A stretch of 64,000 bases of DNA from Tubiluchus corallicola (lineage: Eukaryota > Animalia > Priapulida), in NCBI GenBank assembly GCA_030141605.1, contig JAQGDQ010000176.1, positions 372,001-436,000 on the forward strand. Reading direction: 5' to 3'. Shown one piece after another: positions 13,938 through 27,600 of the stretch; the stretch's first letter is position 1; the number at the start of each line of letters is the position of its first letter. Under the pieces are notes generated by a model. That model did not search any database, was not told the origin of the DNA, and saw only the letters and a list, made by a program, of their open reading frames with translations. A program made the translations under genes and the position numbers.

Positions 13938-14898
13938 TCAAGCATCTGGTGAGTTATATGTTGCAAAGATACCATTTTTCGTCAAAGTGAGCTTGCCCAA
14001 ACGTGAAGTGATAAGAACTTTAAATTGATTTTACTAATTACATGAAGCACTTATCACGATTTTACTGCTGAAAGTTTCTAACACTAAAATAAGCTCAACT
14101 TCCCTCAAAAGAGCCGGCTTTTCCTTTAAAGCTTAAAAACAATGTGCCACCTACCAGGAAAAATTCAAAGTTGCTTTCTATAATTTTTTGTAATAAACTT
14201 CCTCTTGCACTTCCACAACTATTTGCTAAGTGACAATTTGGTATGATCGGTTTCCCAAATATTGTTTAACTGTTGCTTACCACTTATTTCAGAAATTCAG
14301 ATTTTATTAGGCACATCCTTGAAAATAATGAAGCCAGCCCTCCTTACCTGAAGTCAGGGGCATTTACTCTGTTGAAATGGACAGCAGGACCAATAATTTG
14401 AATAATTATTATTATAACCAGTTTTCTCGCTAGTTACGATTCTGTGCGTGATGCTCTATGATATGTCATCAGTGTTGTCTCAAGCTATTGTTTTGTTGTT
14501 CAAAGTGTGTCGCTTGTTACAAAATAGGCACTAGGTGTAATAACTGTAATGTGATAAAAATTTTACTTGACAAACATGTTAAAATTATACAAGATGACTG
14601 TCATGTATGCAATATTCAAAACAAAACTAAAATTGGTCTCAGCACCACATAATCCAAAAAAATGTTCATACTAACAATTCACATTTTGAGGGCATATATT
14701 TTCATTTTTCACCCACAAGTGACAGGTTACTTGAATAAGTAAAAAAGTTTTCTTAAAATATTTTGGCTAAAATGCAAAATTACTAAATTTTGTCAATATT
14801 GTCATACAAAAAATTAGGATTTTTGGAGATGTCAAATTTATCCAGTTACTGAAAACAAGCACACAGAGAAACTGCAAAGATAACCCATGATGAATTTT

Positions 14899-17800
14899 TT
14901 ATGGAATTCTTGTTGATGTTAACTGCTTCTGTGGATGACTATCGTCTGGCTCTATCCCGTGTACGGCAATTATCTGATACTGCTTTAATTTTAATGTTTG
15001 TGTGCTGCACCGAATTCGTTTAATTAGCTTACTACCAGACCGCAGATTATTCATCTCCGTTTTAGATATGGATGGATCTAGCACCAAAATGTTCACACTG
15101 CCATTGGCACACTGTTCCCAGCCAATAATGGTACGGCTATGACCTAAATTTACAAGGCGTCTGTCAGTCTGTATAAATAATTATACCAAAACAATTTGCT
15201 AATTGAAAACTACTAAACTAAGATGGCTTCTTTTCACTAGAAAATACTGTTAATGTTAACAGAGTCCCCGGCAGTGGTAATTGCAATGAAGTGGTGATCA
15301 GAATTAAATTTTTAGCCAACAATTAATTTAACAAATTTTTATGGATTTACCAGTTTAAGAGGATCTAAGAAACAGCAGAAAAATAGATAGGCTAATGGCT
15401 GTCAAACATTTTTTTCATGTATTTTTCAAAGGCCACGCATGGTGATAGTCTTCATAGAATAAATAATTAAAATCAAAACAAATACTTTGTTTAACAATTT
15501 AATGAGTGCATGATTATTTATTAATGAAACTAATGATAGAATGAACACCCATTTTTGAAGCAAACAAACAAAAGAAAGATCGTCAAATAGTGGATCAGCT
15601 ATTGCTATCAGCTGGTGAACTATTTTCAAGTAAACTAACACTTGCCTTGATTACAGTAATTTGTGTTGCACATTAGTCTAAAGTGACAGACTAGCAACCA
15701 AGATTCCCAATTCATATCTGGGCTCAATTCTGACTTTTTATATTTCCTTTCTTTTAGCCAAGTTCAACAAATTTAGTAACAGTGTGTTTAATCCATTATG
15801 AAGTACTTTCGTGTGTTTTAGAACCAGAATCATTTTTTAAAGCACAGCCATGTTTGCAACATATAGAAATTATAGAAACACATAATTTGAGATTTGAACC
15901 AATGTGGAAAATTTTTTCGAGAATTCGATACAAAATTTAGGAAAAAACAATAAAGATTTTTGCTATACAGAAAATCTGCTTGCAACGAGCCTTGCATTTT
16001 TATGTAACTTACCTTGATGCTGAAAATACAGAGGAGCCTTGAATTCTATTGCCTTTGAGAAGTACTGATGAACCCATTCAAAAAGCTTTGGATGTGTATT
16101 ACATGGTCCAGTTGGGCAGTGAAAATCTATAAGTTCACACCTTAAAATAAGACCAATAAACAATTTGTATTAATTGCTCTTAGAGTCTACCAAGTCCTAT
16201 AATGGCAACGCTTACAATAAACGCTGCTGAGACTAGGGAAGCAGACTCAACAGCCACATGACAGTAAAACAGAAGAAAGTTTCAAGCATAAATTTTAGCA
16301 AGGTTCTGGAATGTAAAGGAAAACCTAAGCAAGCTGTTTTTTGACAGAAAATTACAGAGAACTGAAATTGTATGTAGTGTCAGTGGTGTGCTGCTTTAAG
16401 GATACGTTTTACTTATCCCAATCACTTCACGTCATGCCAGCAAACTAAGCAAAAATGGCTAGTACTGAAGTTACACGTTTTGCAATTATAGACATCATGC
16501 ATGTACTATTCAAGTTTTGTACATGAAATTGTAAACTGAAATGATGCAGCAGTTTCAAACAATAGTCTAGTCTCTGCTTCTAGTAAATGCTTAACAACTC
16601 ATTAGTACATGCTGTTACTATTCCAGTTACAGCAATTTGTAACATTGACTAGTACAAACCTTACCTAATTCTAAACTGTTTCAATAACACCATGACCTCC
16701 GTAGCACCAATCCACTTTTTTGTGCTAACTAACTTGTTACCCAATTGTGCAGCACCAGCTGTATCATAACCCTGCTTCCAACCATCCTCAATTAATGTTT
16801 GAAGTTTTTTTATGGATGGCATTAACAATACATCTGCAGAATATAGATAAGTCAAAAATTAATAGCAGTTCAGTACCGAAAGCATTAACTACAAAAACAA
16901 AGCAGACTGTGATATAAAAACACCTTTTTTGTTTGTTTGTTTTTTATGTTACATTACTTATATAATATCTAATTCAAAACTCATCGTATTCAGTAAGACT
17001 AGATGCATTTAACAAGTAAACATTTGATCAAATAATCTACCAAAGTAGTGTTTTGGTATGGATACCTTATGACACCAAAAACAATGAAACAATAGCCTAA
17101 TAGCAAAAGATAGTAGCAGCATTACCTAGAGCGTCAGTCCTGAAAAATTCTAGAGTTTTTGAAGATATGCTGAGCGCAATAAATTTGCATTTTAATGTCT
17201 GTCAAACACACAACAAACATATTAGAGAATTACATACTTGTAACAGGCCACAAAGCAAATAAATTGTATGTACCTCCAAACAATAGCCTGCTACAATCTG
17301 GCCACATAGAAAGAGAAGACAAGAGCATTTGAGCATTTCGGTATCCACAACCCCATCCCTTGTCAAAGTATGTTGTTGAAAAGTGACTCACAACTGTGCA
17401 AAGATAAATCTGACTATTTTGAAGCTCATTACAAATGCTCAACTTTGGAATGATAGCTGAAATCAAGCAATAACAATAATCAGTTGTAATGACAAAAACA
17501 AATTAAAATATACTTCATTATTTTTTATAGTTCCTTGTTTCTTTGTACTGTCATAATCTTTAAAGTAGCTTCCTTTACAAATAGTATTTTTTTACCATAA
17601 AGCAGGAATACAATATTGTTCGTACAGAAGTTTTTTCGTATACAAATCTTTTAAATCAACTGATACTTAAGTCAACTAAGTGTTCAGGAAACTACAGTTA
17701 TCAAAATGTAAAATATGCCTAAGTATGGTAAGCCATTTTTGCAAGTAACTATTATATAGGACTGGCTGGTTGAATTGCACAAAAAAAAGAAAATCTTACA

Positions 17801-19510
17801 AAATGGTTAATATAGCACATGAAAAAACATGCCACTACATTGCTATAAAAGTCTAGTTCAGCAACTTGGTGTTAAATCAGTTAATGTAAAATTATGTGAA
17901 TCAATTAATCTTTGAAACAAATTTTTGAACTTTTTAAAGTTTGTTTTTAAGAATGACTGGTTAAAAACTGAATATCCCACATTGTAAATAAAATATATAC
18001 ACTCCACAAGTGAAGGCTACCTGAACATCAAATCGATTTAAGCCAAACACAACATTCACTCAGTGAAAACTTCCATATTGTCATTTCATTTCCCTTACCA
18101 TTAGTACAAGACAATCCATCATCAACATCAGTTGCAAATGCATCTTGATTTTGTTTACTCGGCTTACTGCAAGTGTTACACTGACTCTAGAAGAAAATAT
18201 ACATACAACATGTACATAAAAATAAAAACAGAAAATCAAAACAAATAGTGCTGTTAATAACATTTCATTAGTGTTGCTATTTTTGTAAGGATAACACTGC
18301 TCTTATACACTGACATTATAGTTAATAACTGGATTAAATAAACTTACAAAATACAAAACAATACATCCTATTTCATAAAACTGTCGGTGTAAAACTCATA
18401 CAGTACTGTATACTAAACCTGCATCATTAATTAAACCTTCACATTTTTTTACATGGAAGTCAAAATAGACTTCACTGTCAGAGTGATTTTTCAGTAAGTT
18501 GCTTGCTTTCCATAGCCTTGTTTTACCAGGCAGGTCCAAAAATTAATTTGGCTTTAAAGAGATAATGCACGCTACCTTGTTACTTGATCTTGTTCTTACT
18601 CCTTGTCTGGTCCTTTCTTTTTCTGTTTTCCAATATCGCTGTCCCTCCTCAGCACGTACTGTCTGCAGCTGTGCCGCTATTGATATCTTATTCTTTCCTG
18701 TCAATGAAGTCCCAGAAGAGCAGGCTTCTGTCTCACTGTGCTGCGCCTGTACATGCTTCTCGACTACCAGGAGATTAGCAAAGTTTAAGCCACAAAACGG
18801 GCACATAAAGTTGTCTATTGCATTAGTAACACTTTTTTCACTGAAACCAGTTTTCAGATCACTAGAGTTTAATTTTAATTGCTTAGTAGTGCTTTCAGAG
18901 TCAAAGTGTGTTCGATTAATATGAACTTGTAAAGCCAGTTCTGTATCACAAGCATGTCTGCAAATAGGGCATTCCAGAAAGCGAGTCATTACTGAATGTG
19001 TGTTTCTGTTGTCGTCTCTCGAAGGGGCTTTAGGTTTTAGGAAGCCATTCTTTGGTTTTTGACCTAAAGTAAAGTTTGTGAAACCAATACATACAAAAAG
19101 CATGAATACCATGGCAAGACTATATAATTGCGATAGCAGAAATCATGATAACTTGCTATCAAAAATTAACAAAGTTTGATTTCAGTATAATGTGAAGTAT
19201 TTAACTGACAATAAGTTTTGCAATTAGAAACAGAAACAAGAAATTACAGTCTTGTTACATTACCGTCAGTATTAGAATACAGATAATCTGTCTTTTTTAT
19301 GCAAAGCACCTCGCTTGAATTCTGATCCTGTTTTACTTCATCATGACTAGCAGCTATATGATTAATTAATTCTTCCAGTTGTACATCAGCAAGATCACAG
19401 AATGGGTAGGAAACAGAGGATTCCACATGTACAATTTGAATATGTGATTTCATGCTGTTTTCATCCATGTCCACTTCACCGCAAATATCACAGGTATAAT
19501 GCGACATCAT
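14899..19510 (-). CDS. ZUP1: ZUP1/ZUFSP zinc finger-containing ubiquitin peptidase (peptidase C78 family)
   Basis: Minus-strand exons: 19510-19264, 19063-18576 (3' boundary uncertain), 18186-18099, 17456-17274, 16833-16665, 16140-16013, 15143-14899, giving about 515 aa. N-terminal C2H2 fingers; catalytic Cys motif DKGWGCGYRNAQMLLSS; KKWIGATEV; PLYFQHQG-HSRTIIG (His); LVLDP (Asp). Confidence 0.88.
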
Positions 19511-21662
19511 TCGGGGCAAAATTTAAAGCAAACAATAACAAAATGAATATATAATTCACGTTTAAAGATAAAACTTGCAGCTGACAATGACAGACATAAC
19601 TTTTGGGCAGTAAAAAATGAAAAAGAGACCAGCACGTTGGCACTTTTATCACACAAGTGAACTTCACTAATTACCTGAAAAAGCCTTGAATTTTTCTTTT
19701 TTAATATGATTCTGATTATATATCATTAAGTGTTACAAGAATGCTGCTAGACTGCTACATCATCAGATTTTCAGATTTTTCCCTTGCATGTTGATGATCA
19801 TTAAGCATCACAAAACATGTTGAGAAAATGCTATTAAAGTTAGCCATTAGCAACTGCACAAATGTTGGCTGCTATAGACTTTGCAAGAATACATTGAGGT
19901 TATGTTTAAATCCAGTAGTTGGTTCTTCCTGATGAAAATCTGGGCTTGACAGCAGAAAAAACCCGAAGCAAAATGATTGCTTCCAAAAGCTGCAATTGGA
20001 GTCTGAAAATACAAGTTTCTTACAATTGCAGTACTAGGTTCCAAGGAGAAAAGTGGGTACGGGGTTAAAAAATTAGATTTTTAGTATTTTTTGAACATTT
20101 TCTAGATAATCTGGTGCTAGAATATAAAAACTCAACATGTTTAGCATGTTTGTATAAAAAAAAACAAAAAATTGACATTTGATCAAATTTTGATTGCATT
20201 CTACTTTGAAGCACCATAACGCAGTTTTAACTATGCAGACTTGTGGATGGTTTTGGTTTTCAAGCACACAAATGATAAACCCTGGCTGTGTGTCTTTTGG
20301 TACTTTAAAAATGGAATCTCATGGACTTGTTTCAACTTCAGTTGACACATATCGCTGTAATCTTGTAAATGCCGGGCACTGGCTATAGGAACCTAGCGGC
20401 GGGTGCCTGTGCTATTGGCAGAAATGACCACCTTCTTATGCACTACATAATATGCAGTTATACCTGATTTTTTAATTATATTTCATTTTAAATTTCAACC
20501 ATTAGGATGTCACACTGTTATTTATTCAAAGTCGCCAGCACAAACAGCTTACTGCTAGCAAAACAGAGCGAACTTACAGACTGCTGATATTGACCTGTTT
20601 ATTGCAGGCTTTTATTAGTGCTTGTTTACATTTTATATTAATTATAATGCTAAATATGTTATGATTTATAACTGCTATTTGACATGATAGATTTTCCATA
20701 TTACATTTGTGCATCAATTTTAAAATATTGTACCAGAAGTAATTGCGAGTCCAAACAAATTTTTTATGTCAGGAGTAAATGTAAAGTCCCCTCAAATGGC
20801 TCTATTTAAAAAGTTTTCTTGTGTACAAAATGATCGTCCATTGTTCACTGATAGGATTCCTGTTACTATAAAGTGGCCCGGCCCTATATGCCAAACTCAT
20901 AGAAGATTTTGCGAAAAATCAATTGATTATATCAGGTTAGAATGTAAAGGATGCAGCACTAGAGTCTGTTATTCAAATGTTATTCAATTTTTTAAGATTT
21001 GCAAGCCTCGTGCAGTGACAGGATGTATTGGCTTTGCTGACTGCAGTGACTTGCCTAGTCGGTGATGCTGATGACGTCACTGGTGTGCGCAATGTACGAA
21101 CACCACCTAGTTTGAAATTTTGGTGTAAACTCGGCCCTATTGCAAAATGACACTACAAAGCCTTTGCCTTTATTCAGCTGAAAATTTAGTCAAGTTTGCC
21201 TAAGATTAAAATACAAGCTAACAAGTTCTTTTATGAAGGAATTTCACTCTTTTTTGCTGCCCACAGCTGATGCAAATGAAATTTCTCTAGACTCAGTGAT
21301 GTTTCCTCTCCATTTCTGCTAACTTTTTGTTTAAAATGATTCTTTCGAACTTTCAAGCACATAAGAATAAAACATCTACATTATTTTACTACAGATGAAA
21401 TGCTAATAAGTGAAAACACATAAATAAGCATGTGCTACGCAGTTAAGTAAAAATAAGCTTAGGGGATTTTAATATCAATTACTTAAGCTTATTACTTCAT
21501 TACCTTTCAGGCTTTCCTTCTTTTTATCTTGCACCTCCTGCACTCCCTGTATCCCATTTGGCTCAGATTCCTCCTGATTTCACCTTTGATCTTAAAATTT
21601 CACCTTTCGATCTGAGCAGATAATCATTTGTACTGCTCATCATAATTTATTGTTAGGCTATA

Positions 21663-22158
21663 CAGTGGCCGCCGCTTATTATGGACACGGTTATTGTGGA
21701 CAGCCGGTTATTGTGGACAACTCGCGAGGGACGGAATTTTCCCCTAATAAAATCCGCCGGTTAATATGGACAACCGCCGCTTAATATGGACAGCGAACAT
21801 TCTTGGCACGTGAACCAGCCGTGCCAACCACGGCCTGCACGCGTGATTGAAAAGAGCTTCCCGCTCTGCTGCCTGAGTGAGTCATTGCATCAGTCAGTTC
21901 GCCGTTTGCCGTGGCCTTGAGAGCTTCGAAACTGTGATAACTTCCTTCCGTTCAAGGTTGAGAGAAAAGTTTCCTGCCAAACAAACTCGTCTGACTTCTT
22001 TTTTTCAATAAAACAGGAGACGAGTTGATACAGACAGTTTTTTGCCTTTTTTAATGAAGGGGAAGGGTCTTCATGGGTCACTTCGCTTAATATGGACAGC
22101 CGCTTAATATGGACATACACTGCTGGCCCGAGGTGTCCACAATAAGCGGCGGCCACTG
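21663..22158. mobile_element. Young pogo/Tigger-like MITE, family B
   Basis: 26-bp TIRs CAGTGGCCGCCGCTTATT(A/G)TGGACAC with one mismatch, TA on both sides, and several subterminal copies of G(C/G)TTA(A/T)T(A/G)TGGACA. Confidence 0.93.
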
Positions 22159-22319
22159 TATCTTATTTGGGCTCTGATGTTAGTGCAAGAGTATTGTACA
22201 AATAATTCAGAATTCTGGCCACGTAAATGAGTAGTGGTCTAGAAAAAAATTTGTCACTATGCAAAATAGAACTACCACTAATGACTTTATAACAGTTAAT
22301 AAGGTCTATAGTATCACAG

Positions 22320-23230
22320 CATTGTTCAAGAGAGGATACAGTCAGGTTGAATATCAGAGGCCAGATTAATACACCTCTACTGAGTTCTCTCTAAAGCATT
22401 TTTAAGAGTAACATACTGTGATGGCCAAACAACGCACACATATTCCAGTATTGATCTAACTACAGCTTCATAAAGAGGAACAATAACTTTTGCACTATGT
22501 AACGAAATACAGCATTTTATCATTCCAATGCGCCTATTGGCCTGAGAAATAATATGCTCAATATGTGAATTCTACTTCAGGTTGTTTGAGATTAACACAC
22601 CCAAATCACGTACAACTGATTTTTCTTCAATAACAGCATCTCTCAGATAATAAAGTGTTGCAGAATTAGAAATAATACGAAGTGAGGTGCATTTACTACG
22701 TTTGAGGGACATTAACCAGTTGTCACACCACAGCTCAATTTCGGCAGAGAAGGGTCATCAAAGAAAAGGGACCAGTCATTTAGGCATTCAAGAAGATTTG
22801 TTACTGTGGATTGTTGTCGTAATGAGCCGAGTTGATTATTACTGAATTGGCCAGAAGATAGCAGGAATTTTAGTATATCGTCCCACAAAAGAGATTCGAG
22901 ACAACAGAAGATAGAGGAATAGGGCGTAATTCGTCACATGTCAAGTTGGTGTTAGGGATAGGGATAGGCGTAGGGATACGGGCAACATTACAATCGAACC
23001 AGTCTTGAGGGACTATAGCACACTCCAAGGATTTGCGAGGCACATGATTTCAATATAAAACTGTGAACATTGTCAGGACCAACAGCTTTAAAAAGGTTTA
23101 AGTTTGAAAAGCTTATCATAGACATCATTCACAGTAAATTCAATGTAGAAAATACTATCATTATTCCAAGACAAGGGAGTTGGTAAGGGACCATCATCAG
23201 GTTCATTAGTGAAGTAATCTTGAACTACCT
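22320..23230 (-). mobile_element. Degenerate LINE (CR1/L2-group) ORF2 fragment with the RT core deleted
   Basis: The minus strand reads AVGPDNV, QSTVTNLLECLNDW, then WCDNWLMSL..SKC, VRDLGVLISNNL, LYEAVVRSILEY.CVVWP, with stops and frameshifts. An upstream piece (HVISDPIMVANTINDSF) resumes at about 24150-24230. Confidence 0.85.
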
Positions 23231-23231
23231 A

Positions 23232-24148
23232 AATTTGTTTTCAAATTTAAACATAATCTACTTCCTGAAATATTTTCTATTATGTATACACCACTGATAT
23301 ACACCAATATAACACAAGATCTGCAAAAAGAAATGCTTTTTTGTAAACAGGTTTGCAACCAGTAGAGACCAATGTTCGCCTAAATACAAAGGTGTTGTAC
23401 TATGGAACTCTCTTTCACGAGACCTATTACCAGGCACATTGTTTACTTTTCAAAAACAATACAAAAACTACTAACGAAATACGATTAAGATTGTGAATTA
23501 TATTTGTCTCTGTGTCTTGGTTTATAACTTCAACAGAAAACCCCCTTTCACATGATAAAATGTCTATTGTTCTGACTATCTTTTTTTTGATGCAGCTGTT
23601 TCGTTCCAGTATATTCTGCTTGATGTTTATGAGATGTTGACTCGATGCTAGACACGGTACAGGTAAATTTATACAAAGTATCTTTTAAAGTAATACAATT
23701 TAGTTGATTAATTGTATTTACAATTTTTTTTGTTAAGGTTGTGCATGTTGTTTGTTTTTTTACATAATTATTGTAAACTGATAATTATAACAGCATGATG
23801 GAATGTTTTCTATATTCTCGTTTTATATAGAAATATATATCTGATGATATAATGATATTAATTAAATAAATATATATATAAGATAATTAATTCATACCTA
23901 TTTTTCTTTGTATTGTTTACGTGTTACTAAACTTTGTATACGTGTTACCAAACTAGCGGTTGTACTATAGCTATCTTTGTAATTTTAATTAGTAATTTAT
24001 ACTGTGTTTAGAGTAACTTTATTTTATTAGAAAATTTGTAAAATTTATACTTATGCTAATGTTGTACCTGCAAATAGAGGTTTTATTAATAAAGATTGTA
24101 AATAAATTTGTATTGTTATTGGGATGAAAAATAAATGATTTGATTTGA
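23232..24148 (+). mobile_element. 3' end of a second LINE (L2/Crack-like) inserted into the previous LINE
   Basis: Reads HQYNTRSAK...SPKYKGVVLWNSL...FTFQKQYKNY*, followed by a long AT-rich 3' UTR ending AATAAATGATTTGATTTGA. Confidence 0.7.
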
Positions 24149-24479
24149 AGAATCAAGAAAGAAGTAAAGGAATCATTAATAGTATTAGCAACCATGATAG
24201 GATCAGAAATAACATGTTGATGATCATTAATAGTAGTAATACTAATAGTAATAGTAATACTAATACGATTAGGAGGTTTTGAGGAAGTGTTTACTATAAC
24301 GTAAAACTCTTTACCATTCTTACTTAGTCTATTTGTACATTATTTTGTATATTTCAGCATTGTACTTTCACAGACTTTCAATTTCAAGAGTGTTGAGACC
24401 TAACTTCATTTCTGCCGCCTCTATTAATTTTATAATTATTAGCATTATTCTCACCAGTTAATAAAATAGTCTGAAAACT

Positions 24480-24600
24480 TGAAGCATGCAGCGACTGTAA
24501 GTCACGGAAGAGTTACTGCGCCAAAAACACAGCGTCTTTATATCGACGATCCCAAATCGATCGCGCCAATGGCGGGAAGATAAAAAGAGTACTTTCTGTT
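24480..24600. promoter_or_regulatory. CpG-rich promoter of the kelch gene, possibly bidirectional with ZUP1
   Basis: Local CpG cluster with E2F-like GCGCCAAAA and GGCGGGAA, CCAAT/ATGGCG (YY1-like) and ATCGAT, about 100 bp upstream of the ATG at 24665. Confidence 0.5.
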
Positions 24601-24664
24601 AAAGAAATTAAAGAAAATTATCCATTAATTTGAAATGCGTTTATGATATTGAATAATTTTTAAA

Positions 24665-27600
24665 ATGGGAAACGAAAATTCAGCTTCAGTGAGCACACTA
24701 ACAAGAGGTTTAATTAATTCAGTTTTTCTTAGTTTTACGTATGTATGTCTGTGTTGTTTTTGTTAGTAAGTGTTGCCAGTGTATTTAAGGGCGCATACAT
24801 TACGGCGCCCTATGGTGGTAGTTCAGTTGCGCCCATTCCAACTACGGTTGTTTATATTTGAGACGTATTTTACAGTTGCTTGAGCTGTTATTGCTATATT
24901 AGTAAGACTACTAGAAGCAGGAAGGATTAACTTCGTGTTGGTTATTAATTAAATAGCATTTGCATTTTGTGCAAGCTATCCAGCTGTTGTGATGTAGTAT
25001 CTTTTATGTATTAATTGTGCAAGCTATACTTGTTTGTTATATAGCACTTATGTAAAATTGGTTTTGGTAATTGCTTGTGGTACATTACAAGGTTGCATTA
25101 GATGTGTGTCACATGCATTTTAAGTCTCACACGCACATCAAATTTGAGTTCTCTCATATTCTGTAACTTCACTTGCAAGTTTGCAAATCCACCTGGCTTT
25201 CCTTGCCATTGGTACCACCCACAACGCAATTAGCAGTAATCTCAATAATACAGTATCTATAGTTTTCATGAGTTTCACAATGTATATCGGCAAAAATGCG
25301 TGAGGAGCTTTTCCCGTTTACTCCTGATTAAAAGATTAATAGATAGCAATAGTAGCTAATTAGAGCAAAGTTATAACGTTTGAAAGTTTATCTGTGCTAA
25401 AAAACAAATATCATCAACGAAGTGTGCCAGGACGAGGGAAAAAACCTAAAAAGCAACCAATAGTGCCACTTCATGAATGTTTTCTCGCTTTGCCGGGAGA
25501 TGCTGGTACAGCAAATCCTCTGTTGTCAAGATTAAACGCCTCTTCTAGCATGTGCTATAAATCGTTTTATATATGTAATGGCTATATCTCGATTACAATA
25601 AAAAATGTGATAACTCAGAAAAAATCAGAATGGAAGAAAAGTGTTGAAGATAATATTGTTGAGTTGAGTGTTGAGATACATCAACTCAAAATGTCATCTT
25701 GAAGTAACAGATAGTACAAAACTAAGATTTTTGCACACTACAGAATGGAAATTCAGAGAGGAAAACAAGCGAGGAATATCCGATGAGATTAAAGTGTCGG
25801 TAGGTGATATATGTAGCAACGATATACATAAACTCCAAAGTGTGACAAAATATGTTGAAATATGTATGATGAAGCGAAAAAAAAATTGGTGAAGACCTGA
25901 ATTAAAAAAAGAAGTCGGCAGTAAAAAAGAAACATGAAAGTATGATGCCAAAGTACAGTGAAATTTGATGTTGCAAACTAAGAAGAATTTGCTCATCTAT
26001 TGATGAAATGTATCTAGTGGAATCACAGGATGTCTTGCATGAGCATACAAAAGTGGAGCTACATTTTACCAGTCTAGACATGTATAAAATTGCTCTGTAT
26101 TAAATGTATTAAATTTATTCTCTTTTAGGTATCCCTGTTCAAAATGATATACAAATCACTTGGAAAAAATTAAACAATGTATGCCCAGGTAGGCACAGTC
26201 ATTCTTTGTGTTGTGTTGGTGAATCAGTTTACCTTTTTGGTGGAGTTGTTAAAACAAAGACCTCTGTTGAAGAGTCATCAGATATCTTTCAGCTAGACAT
26301 AGGTAAAAAAAGTTATGTTTGCAATTGTAATTCACACATGTAACCAATTTTGCAAGTTCGTTTGCATAATATTTTTGTAATTTATTTAGATTATAATTGT
26401 GCTGAGTTATTTTAGATTTGCAAAATGTAATATATTCTTAATGTAATAACTTCTGATGGTATGACTAAAATTTTAGGAAAATGTTTGGCTGCTCACAGAA
26501 TAGCTGTAACATAATAACAACAAACAACACAACAAAACCACCAACAAACCACTTATTGACTAAGCACTTAAAAATGGCTAACAGTTTTAGAACAGCTGCT
26601 AATTTATGTGTTATTACAAAATGGCCAAAGATTTTTTATTTTAAGAATCAGGTGATTGGAAAATCATTCCTGTTGCTGGAGGAAACAAGCCAGCACCTAG
26701 AACTGCGTGCACGGTATCTACTATTGGCAATAAAATTTACATTTTTGGAGGAATGAATCATGTGAAAGGATGGCTTAATGATTTTCACATTTTCGATCTT
26801 GGTGGGTATTGATATTTTATAAAAGATAAAACCTTTCACCATGTAAAAGGTATTTTGGAGTAAAGATAAAATAATCAGTGAACTTCCACTAAGTTTTCGA
26901 GATGGATTCTTGAATTATTCATTGACAAGATAGTGCAAAGTGGTCAAATACAACATTATTAAATTGTTGTTTAGAATCTTGATGCATATTTATATTTAAA
27001 ATTATGTTTGTAGGATTGTTAAGTAAATGCTATGCATTCGAATTGTTTAAAAAGTGCATTACCCTAAGACAGTATATGAGTTACAGCAGGCGCCGTTTAT
27101 CAGACTCATGGTTATTAGAATCAGTTGCCTAAGTAACTCTAAAGCACCTGATAAGTGCCGCTTCTATTCACATGTATGTAAAATCTGCCGATAATAGACT
27201 CAAATAACTCCGCATGATTGACTCAATATGTCTTCTTCACTTTTTGACTTTTTTGCTTTTGTGTCACCTTAATTAGCTTTTGTGCTCTAACATATGTAGA
27301 AACAGTCTAAATACTGTTTTGTTTCTAAGCAGGAACGTTTATCATACGCTAATATGCTAGCCTAGCGGTTTTGCTTTGACCTGCACGTCCGCTGCAGTTA
27401 ACCTCATTACCCAAGAATTTCTGGAAGCTAAACTATTAATCACTTGCCTAGCATTTGCTTTTGAAACTCTCGTTGCCTTTCACAGAATGTTTAATCAGCT
27501 AGCAGTTGCTGTTATCCCAGGGATGCAGGTATAGTACAATAAAGTGTTGCAAAGTTGTGGGTAGATTAGCGTGCAAACTCAAATGCTTGGATGACCGCAG

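Noticed and set aside
21190-21620. Purine-rich exon-like segments on the minus strand upstream of ZUP1
   Set aside because: They contain in-frame stops and I recognise no homology. They could be UTR exons or decayed sequence.
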